Below are positions 58,091-64,000 of a stretch of DNA of 64,000 nt, piece after piece. The stretch's first letter is position 1. Each line of letters opens with the position of its first letter. This stretch comes from Oscillospiraceae bacterium (lineage in GTDB: Bacteria; Bacillota; Clostridia; Oscillospirales; CAG-382), in the NCBI GenBank assembly GCA_015063785.1, contig SVTM01000005.1:35841-99840 (forward strand). Reading direction: 5' to 3'. Position numbers and translations under genes: made by a program. The notes beneath the pieces were generated by a model, which searched no databases, was not told where the DNA came from, and saw nothing but the letters and a program-made list of their open reading frames with translations.

Positions 58091-60862
58091 TTATTCAAAA
58101 GCTTCGCAGAGGGGGCTCATATTTTCATCCCAAAGCATAACTTTTATTTTTGCGTGATTGGCAAACTCCTCAAAGGTATAGTAATCTGCTTTTCCTCTAT
58201 TCAAAAACAAGGGAACGGTATTGACTTTTTCAAGTCTTCCGTATTCATCATAGCCTGCAATATAAACAATGTAGTTTCCCGCCTCGGGGCAGCACACTGT
58301 GATAACCCCAAAATCGTTGCTGCAGTCTGAGATATCAAAGTCTTCAACCTCGGTTACGTTGAAATGCGTGAATCCTGCCAGATATGAGCCGGTTGAATTG
58401 TGTGCATAAACGTAAATGCTATAATCACGCATCTCGTATCTCGCGTTGTTTATGACAAGAGTTGCTGTACTTTCACCGGTTTCGCTGTCGGTTTCAAATC
58501 TTGTGCCAAATGCCGATTCCGAAAAGATATTCTTCATTTCGTCTTGGTCATATGCAACGGCTGTGCCGTCCTCATCGAGCTTTTCAAATCTCCACTCAAC
58601 ATCTGTCATATTTTTTGCTTTAAATGTAAAGGTCAGATCTTCGCCGTCAATACATTCCTGCGATTCAAGATTCTGTGTGATTTCGGGCTTTATTACCTTG
58701 AGTGTAAAAGCAACGGTGTTTTTGGAATTGAACGAAACCTTACCAAGCGCATTTTTCATCTCATATCCCACAGACATACTTCTTGCTGCCGACTCGGGTA
58801 CATCCTTGAATGTAACGGTTGTTTTGTAAATGCCTGAGGGCATTATTTTATGTGACTGAACATATTCACAACCGGTTTCTTCGGCATATTCTTTGAGATT
58901 ATAGAAATCGGTATTACTGCCCTGCTTTACCTGCACGATCCAGTCAACATTTTCCGCATAATCTGCCCACAGGGTAAAGGTTGCATCTCCGCCCGCTTCA
59001 AATTCTCCGCCGCTAAAGGACAAAACCTGCGGCAGATCGCCAAATGTTGTTGTGGCATATTTCGAATTTGTCTTTGAACCGTCAGTACCTGTGATCTCAC
59101 AGTAAAACTGTGCATTTGATACACCGTCTGCCGTCACCGTCAAGCAAGGAGTTGTTTCGCCCTGTATCTGTCCTTCGTCAAACAACATAGATATAAACTG
59201 TTGGGTAAGAGGAATTTTTTGTCCTGCCGCAACAACATACCATTGATATGCCGCAGCATGGTCGGCTGTAACGGAAAGCTTTGCATATTCACCGGGTTTT
59301 ACCGTAGTTGACTTCGGCTGAGTAGTAATAACAGCCGCCTGGGGCTCCGGAAGCACGGTTACCTCATAAGTCTTGTTAAATGTGCTTACGTGTGCACTGC
59401 GGATTACGGAAATATTCACATCTATTGTAACTCCGTTGGGATAATCTGCATAATTAACAATACCGTCTTCAATTATCCGGTTGGTTCCGTCTTCGCGGCG
59501 GGTTACGTTTGTTCTTACTTCAAATTCCCCTTCCATATAATCGGGAATACTGTATATCACCTCAAATGTTTCGGTCATAGATGTATCACGAACCAGTTGC
59601 GTAACCTTGGATTCGGGATCGGGCGTCGGGTAAAATTCGGTAGAAAGGAGCGAAGTACTTACAACCGTCAATCTCAGATGGCTGGTATTTACATCCTCAA
59701 GAGTACATTTAGACAGATTCAGTTGCTTTGTTTGATCAGAATCGACAATTTTCATATCAACTAAAGCAAAAGGAGAAATAAGGCTTGAAAACGGTCTTTC
59801 CAAAAGCTCAGAGAATGGATCTCCAAATGTGCCGCTTAAACCGGAAACAGCAATACCGCTTCTTCCTATATATCCGATTGCACCGTCGAAAATTCCACCG
59901 TTAATTTTCGGGAAAGTGAGCTTATCAATTTCCGCACCGCTATATCCATTATAGGTATGCATATCCGTATAAGCACTATGGAAATGATGTATTGCATAAC
60001 CGTCGGAGGCAAAAACACCGCCGTTTATCACAAGGTCAGTAGGACGGGACTGCAATTGTGCGACACCATCGGTACAGCATGTTCCAAATGCGCTTAGCTC
60101 ACGCTGATTAAGTCCCTTCATTCCCAACTCATCACCAAGCTCAGCTCCTGCATCCGTACCAAGAGACCTTGCAGCAAAAATGCCGCCGTTAATCTCAACG
60201 TGTCCCACGCTGTCAGCTATTACGGCACCACGATAATTGGTGACAATGTTGTTTGTTCCGTTGCTGTTCAGGTTTACAATCCGTGACTTCAACTGAAAAA
60301 GCCCGTCATCAATGATAAGCTTGCAAATCGGTTCAGGGCAAAGAATGTATGGAACAGTATTTCTGTTGACAGAAGATTCTCTCACCAAAAGAGCAGCTAT
60401 CTGAGTATCAGAATGGCGGTAAGCATCCATAAATATTCCACCGCCTCCAACAGAGTCGGTTATTCGTAATACCGATCCTACTTCGTTGTTGATACGGCTC
60501 ATCTCGATTGAAATAAAATTCCCGTTTTTATTTTTGTCTTCGGGATTGATATCCGTACACGAAAGAACATGACCGTTGAAATCAAACGTAACATAACCGC
60601 ACATCTGTACTGAACGACTCTCAACTTCATAAAAATCTGTTGAAGTGGTCAAATCCATATGAAGATCCTTATTAAGCTTCATTATGTAATGCGTATCAGG
60701 GTTATCAGACCACCAGACATTATACCGGAAAGCTTCGTAAAAATCTCTCCACGATGAAATATAGATTACCTTGTAGTCTACATTTTCGGTGGATGCATAC
60801 ACAGCAGGAAATAAATTGAACATGATAACAAAACAAAGCAATATTCCGATTATTCTTTTCAT
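58091..60862 (-). CDS. Large secreted/surface protein with Ig-like domains
   Basis: Signal peptide; INGG repeats; ITTQPKS..YQWY..FYCEITG Ig fold; C-terminal KVMLWDENMSPL. Confidence 0.8.
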   Translation of the reverse strand: MKRIIGILLCFVIMFNLFPAVYASTENVDYKVIYISSWRDFYEAFRYNVWWSDNPDTHYIMKLNKDLHMDLTTSTDFYEVESRSVQMCGYVTFDFNGHVLSCTDINPEDKNKNGNFISIEMSRINNEVGSVLRITDSVGGGGIFMDAYRHSDTQIAALLVRESSVNRNTVPYILCPEPICKLIIDDGLFQLKSRIVNLNSNGTNNIVTNYRGAVIADSVGHVEINGGIFAARSLGTDAGAELGDELGMKGLNQRELSAFGTCCTDGVAQLQSRPTDLVINGGVFASDGYAIHHFHSAYTDMHTYNGYSGAEIDKLTFPKINGGIFDGAIGYIGRSGIAVSGLSGTFGDPFSELLERPFSSLISPFALVDMKIVDSDQTKQLNLSKCTLEDVNTSHLRLTVVSTSLLSTEFYPTPDPESKVTQLVRDTSMTETFEVIYSIPDYMEGEFEVRTNVTRREDGTNRIIEDGIVNYADYPNGVTIDVNISVIRSAHVSTFNKTYEVTVLPEPQAAVITTQPKSTTVKPGEYAKLSVTADHAAAYQWYVVAAGQKIPLTQQFISMLFDEGQIQGETTPCLTVTADGVSNAQFYCEITGTDGSKTNSKYATTTFGDLPQVLSFSGGEFEAGGDATFTLWADYAENVDWIVQVKQGSNTDFYNLKEYAEETGCEYVQSHKIMPSGIYKTTVTFKDVPESAARSMSVGYEMKNALGKVSFNSKNTVAFTLKVIKPEITQNLESQECIDGEDLTFTFKAKNMTDVEWRFEKLDEDGTAVAYDQDEMKNIFSESAFGTRFETDSETGESTATLVINNARYEMRDYSIYVYAHNSTGSYLAGFTHFNVTEVEDFDISDCSNDFGVITVCCPEAGNYIVYIAGYDEYGRLEKVNTVPLFLNRGKADYYTFEEFANHAKIKVMLWDENMSPLCEAFE

Positions 60863-60927
60863 ATTGGTACCCTCCTTTCAGGGTTTACATTTATCTGTTT
60901 GTCATTTTTGTCAAATTAAATATGTTT

Positions 60928-61887
60928 TTATTTTGCCGGGTACTTTTCGGGATCCATGACAGACAAGATCCTGTCATACAGATAGTTTTTTTCTTCGGCG
61001 GTTGTTCTTGAGTCGTCGTAGCAAAGCTCAGCAACCGTAAAAACACTTACATTTTGAGATTGCATACCGTATTCGGTCACACTTTCACCGTCTTTTTTGT
61101 AGGTGATATAGGGTACCGCGGTGTACTCTTCGGCATAGTGTGTTTCGTCTATCTGCAGCACACATACCGTGAAGTATACATACTCGTCGGTAATCTTGAA
61201 AAGATTTACGGCAGGTGCCGTTTTTGCCTTCTTTGTTTTTCCGTCAATGACGGTGACAAAATCTTTTACGAGCTTTTCGTCACCAAGATATTTCTTTGGC
61301 AATACAACGCTTCCGAAACCAAGATCCGTATCCGATGGAGACTGGGGCTGCTCAAGAGTTTCATAAACCGATTTCGGAATAGAGAAAACAAATCTCAGGC
61401 CCTGCTCACCGTTCATTTTTATCTGTGCGCCTTCAAAGGTCATGCAGGTGGGTGTATTGTATTCAACTGCTTTTACATCGGGAGTGGAGCTGCCCGATGC
61501 ACCCATTTTGAGATATAAAGTTTTGCCTTCGATATCTGAAGTCCCGAGGGCGTTTTCTATTCTTGAGCGCTCTATCAAAAATTCGTATTCGCCGCAAGGC
61601 TCGTCGATCTGATCTATGTAGATGATGCTTTTTTCAAAACCATCCGTGTCCGATATGTCTTTGCCGAGAAGCAAAAGAGACACGCTTCTGGTCTTTTCGG
61701 GAACGGTGTATTTTATTCTGGTTATGACCGTGTGTTTATCACGTTCACCGAATATGTCTGAGTATTCTTCAAATTCAACCGAGTCGATCGTGACAACGGC
61801 ATCATCCACCGCAAGACACGGAACCACAGACACAAGCAGCAGTATCAGCATTGCTGCAAAACTGAGATAACGATAAAATGTCTTCAT
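60928..61887 (-). CDS. Secreted hypothetical protein
   Basis: Signal peptide; IIYIDQ domain and GAQIK..QGLRF domain; AGGAG SD. Confidence 0.8.
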   Translation of the reverse strand: MKTFYRYLSFAAMLILLLVSVVPCLAVDDAVVTIDSVEFEEYSDIFGERDKHTVITRIKYTVPEKTRSVSLLLLGKDISDTDGFEKSIIYIDQIDEPCGEYEFLIERSRIENALGTSDIEGKTLYLKMGASGSSTPDVKAVEYNTPTCMTFEGAQIKMNGEQGLRFVFSIPKSVYETLEQPQSPSDTDLGFGSVVLPKKYLGDEKLVKDFVTVIDGKTKKAKTAPAVNLFKITDEYVYFTVCVLQIDETHYAEEYTAVPYITYKKDGESVTEYGMQSQNVSVFTVAELCYDDSRTTAEEKNYLYDRILSVMDPEKYPAK

Positions 61888-62068
61888 TCAAATCACTCCT
61901 TAATGTTGTTTTGGGGCTTGAGCATATGTATTACCGAACCATATCCGAAAAGTATGGAATGTTCGGCCCGAATATTTGTAATGTAACTTTATTGTAACGC
62001 CGTTTTCATATTTTTTCAAGGGTTTTATGATGAAAATTACTTATATCGTCACTTTGTGAATAAAATTT

Positions 62069-62143
62069 AAAAAAAGCAGACCTTTTTCCCAAAGGTCTGC
62101 TCAGACTGAAATGCTCACCTATATTAAATATAAGTGAGCATTT
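62069..62143 (-). terminator. Double hairpin terminator after the spoIVB remnant
   Basis: AGCAGACCTTT/AAAGGTCTGCT with a minus-strand T tract; AAATGCTCAC/GTGAGCATTT. Confidence 0.7.
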
Positions 62144-62146
62144 TTA

Positions 62147-62278
62147 TTATTTAATTTTCTCCGCTTTGATGAGCATATTTTCTATAAAAATCCCGTAACC
62201 ACGTGTAGGATCGTTAACGAATACATGAGTTACTGCACCAACAAGCTTGCCGTTCTGGATTATCGGCGAACCCGACAC
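62147..62278 (-). pseudogene. spoIVB: 3' remnant of SpoIVB peptidase (S55) gene
   Basis: (V)[35 protein letters not shown] matches the SpoIVB C-terminus; homology stops at the catalytic GMSGS motif. Confidence 0.9.
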
Positions 62279-62287
62279 AAGGAAAAT
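62274..62287 (+). repeat. 14-bp direct repeat copy B, at the spoIVB breakpoint
   Basis: GACACAAGGAAAAT identical to 58009-58022. Confidence 0.7.
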
Positions 62288-62312
62288 CGGCGTGGGACAA
62301 CAAAAAATATGC

Positions 62313-63026
62313 TTACATTTGTTTTCGGCAACCGTCGACAAGGTAATTCTGGCCCGAAATATAGCTTGCTTCGTTGCTTGCCACAAACAAAATCACATTT
62401 GCAATTTCATCATAGGTGGCGGCGCGGCCCACAAACGAAAAATCTTTCATGGCGTCGCTTCCGTCGGGAGCTACGCTTCCGGGCGAAACGCAATTTACGG
62501 TGATACCTTTGTCGGACACAGCTTTTGCAAGCGCTTTTGTAAAGGATATAACCGCACCCTTTGACATGGAATAATCAACAAACCAGCTGAGACCGTAAAC
62601 ACCCGCAACCGAGCCGATGTTTACAATTCTGCCATAGCCGTTTTCGATCATGGACGGCAAAACCGCATGCGACAAATACATGGTGCCCAAAATATTAACG
62701 TCTATTACTTTCTTCCACTGCTCTGAAGAAGTGCTTGCAAAATCGGAAGCAGGGAATACCGCTGCATTGTTTATAAGAATATCTGTTTTTCCGAATTTTT
62801 CAGCCGCCTTTGCAATCGCGTTTCGTGCGGCGGCCTCATCAGATACGTCAAAATTTATTGCCATAAAGTTTTCTGTATATTTTTTTATCTCTCCGCAGGT
62901 TTCGGAAAGATCCGAAATGTCCGAAACAACAACATTTGCCCCGTTTTTTGCAAAGCCTATGGCTGTCGCTCTTCCGATACCCTTGGCGGCACCTGTTACA
63001 AAAGCTGTTTTACCTGTAAAATCCAT
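62313..63026 (-). CDS. SDR oxidoreductase (FabG-like)
   Basis: [24 protein letters not shown]. Confidence 0.93.
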   Translation of the reverse strand: MDFTGKTAFVTGAAKGIGRATAIGFAKNGANVVVSDISDLSETCGEIKKYTENFMAINFDVSDEAAARNAIAKAAEKFGKTDILINNAAVFPASDFASTSSEQWKKVIDVNILGTMYLSHAVLPSMIENGYGRIVNIGSVAGVYGLSWFVDYSMSKGAVISFTKALAKAVSDKGITVNCVSPGSVAPDGSDAMKDFSFVGRAATYDEIANVILFVASNEASYISGQNYLVDGCRKQM

Positions 63027-63126
63027 AGTATCAACCTCCTTGTTTTATAAATACAGTATACCACTTAAAAACCATTGTTTAAATGACTGAAAATACATTT
63101 AATTTAGCCGAAAATGTACAAAGCGT

Positions 63127-63155
63127 TTGACAAAACCGCGTGTTTTATATACAAT
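63127..63155 (+). promoter_or_regulatory. SigA promoter of araC
   Basis: TTGACA-17bp-TACAAT. Confidence 0.75.
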
Positions 63156-63176
63156 ATAAAAAGCGGAGGTGAAATT

Positions 63177-63932
63177 ATGGACGAAGAAGCTTTTGTTATT
63201 ACCGAGTTTTTATCGATAAGTAAGCCGATAAACCATCAGGGAATAAGTTTTTATATTAACAAACGAGAAAGCTCTGCTTTGATTTTTCCTATACACGGGG
63301 AAATCGAATTTTCGTGGGAAACGGGAAAGGTGATTGCCGATGCCGACCACCCCGTTTTTATTCAGGAGGGCATGAGTTACTTAAACTCGTGCATGGAAAA
63401 TGCACAAAGCATAATGATAAACATCAAAGCAAAAAGCAACAAAGAAAAGATTTTTTGGCTTTTACCGCCCGACAGAGAGCATTTGCAAAAATGTTATGAC
63501 GAAATAATAGTTCTGAATGCAAATCCTACGGCAAGAAAAAGATCCAGAATATTTGAAAAAATATATCAACTGCTCGGGGAATGTTTCCCGTATGAACCCG
63601 GAGACAACAACTCGTTATTGTCCCCCGCGCTTGAAACAATTGAAAAATTTTATAACAAAAGTGACCTGACTCTTGATTTCCTGGCTGAAAGCTGTAACAT
63701 AAGCAAATCGTATATTCACAAACTTTTCAGAAAAGAGTTTGGAATGACTCCTTTTCAATATATTACAAGAATACGCATGAATCAGGCGAAAACTTTGCTG
63801 CTCGAGATGTTTCCTGTGGGGGAAGTTGCTCTTATGGTGGGATATTCCGACATTTATCAGTTTAGCAGGGCATTTAAACGATTTTATAAAATTTCTCCTG
63901 ACAAATTCAGATTCTCAAGAAAACCAATATGA
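63177..63932 (+). CDS. AraC family regulator
   Basis: ISKSYIHKLFRKEFGMTP, VGYSDIYQFSRAFK; GGAGG SD. Confidence 0.92.
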   Translation: MDEEAFVITEFLSISKPINHQGISFYINKRESSALIFPIHGEIEFSWETGKVIADADHPVFIQEGMSYLNSCMENAQSIMINIKAKSNKEKIFWLLPPDREHLQKCYDEIIVLNANPTARKRSRIFEKIYQLLGECFPYEPGDNNSLLSPALETIEKFYNKSDLTLDFLAESCNISKSYIHKLFRKEFGMTPFQYITRIRMNQAKTLLLEMFPVGEVALMVGYSDIYQFSRAFKRFYKISPDKFRFSRKPI

Positions 63933-63945
63933 TGCTTGTCCATCA

Positions 63946-63978
63946 AAAACGCTCGTCTAAATCTATAGACGAGCGTTT
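63946..63978 (+). terminator. Intrinsic terminator
   Basis: AAACGCTCGTCTA/TAGACGAGCGTTT. Confidence 0.8.
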
Positions 63979-64000
63979 CTCTTATCTAAATTTCTCTGCT

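Noticed and set aside
62147-62386. 79-aa ORF as a real gene
   Set aside because: Its N-terminal part overlaps the SDR gene in another frame; only the spoIVB-derived tail is meaningful

Overview
Chromosomal origin region of a Clostridia-class Firmicute, probably a gut or rumen Oscillospirales-like lineage (inferred from gene content). Core: tandem parS sites (3083-3124), holB-ricT, a MarR/ABC exporter operon, then dnaA-oriC-dnaN-recF-remB-gyrB-alaS-hit-apt-holA. The usual neighbours rpmH/rnpA, yaaA and gyrA are missing. The rest mixes housekeeping genes (comEC, a radical SAM/methyltransferase cluster, gdhA, walRK-like, DnaC-like loader, uxuA) with small carbohydrate-catabolic modules, four of them AraC-divergent (GH5, GH127, a short orphan glycyl radical enzyme, an SDR). 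The most unusual signal is near the right end. An identical 14-bp sequence (GACACAAGGAAAAT, 58009 and 62274) brackets two secreted-protein genes. One copy is fused exactly to an orphan 3' fragment of spoIVB and the other sits in an att-like inverted repeat, suggesting cassette accretion by site-specific recombination with no recombinase visible in the window. Other highlights: a DnaA recognition helix that diverges alongside TTTTCC[A/G]NA origin boxes, a probable ATT start on the DnaC-like gene, and lineage-specific insertions in RecF, GyrB and RicT. No rRNA, tRNA, CRISPR array or transposase was seen. All calls come from motif recognition only; no searches were run.
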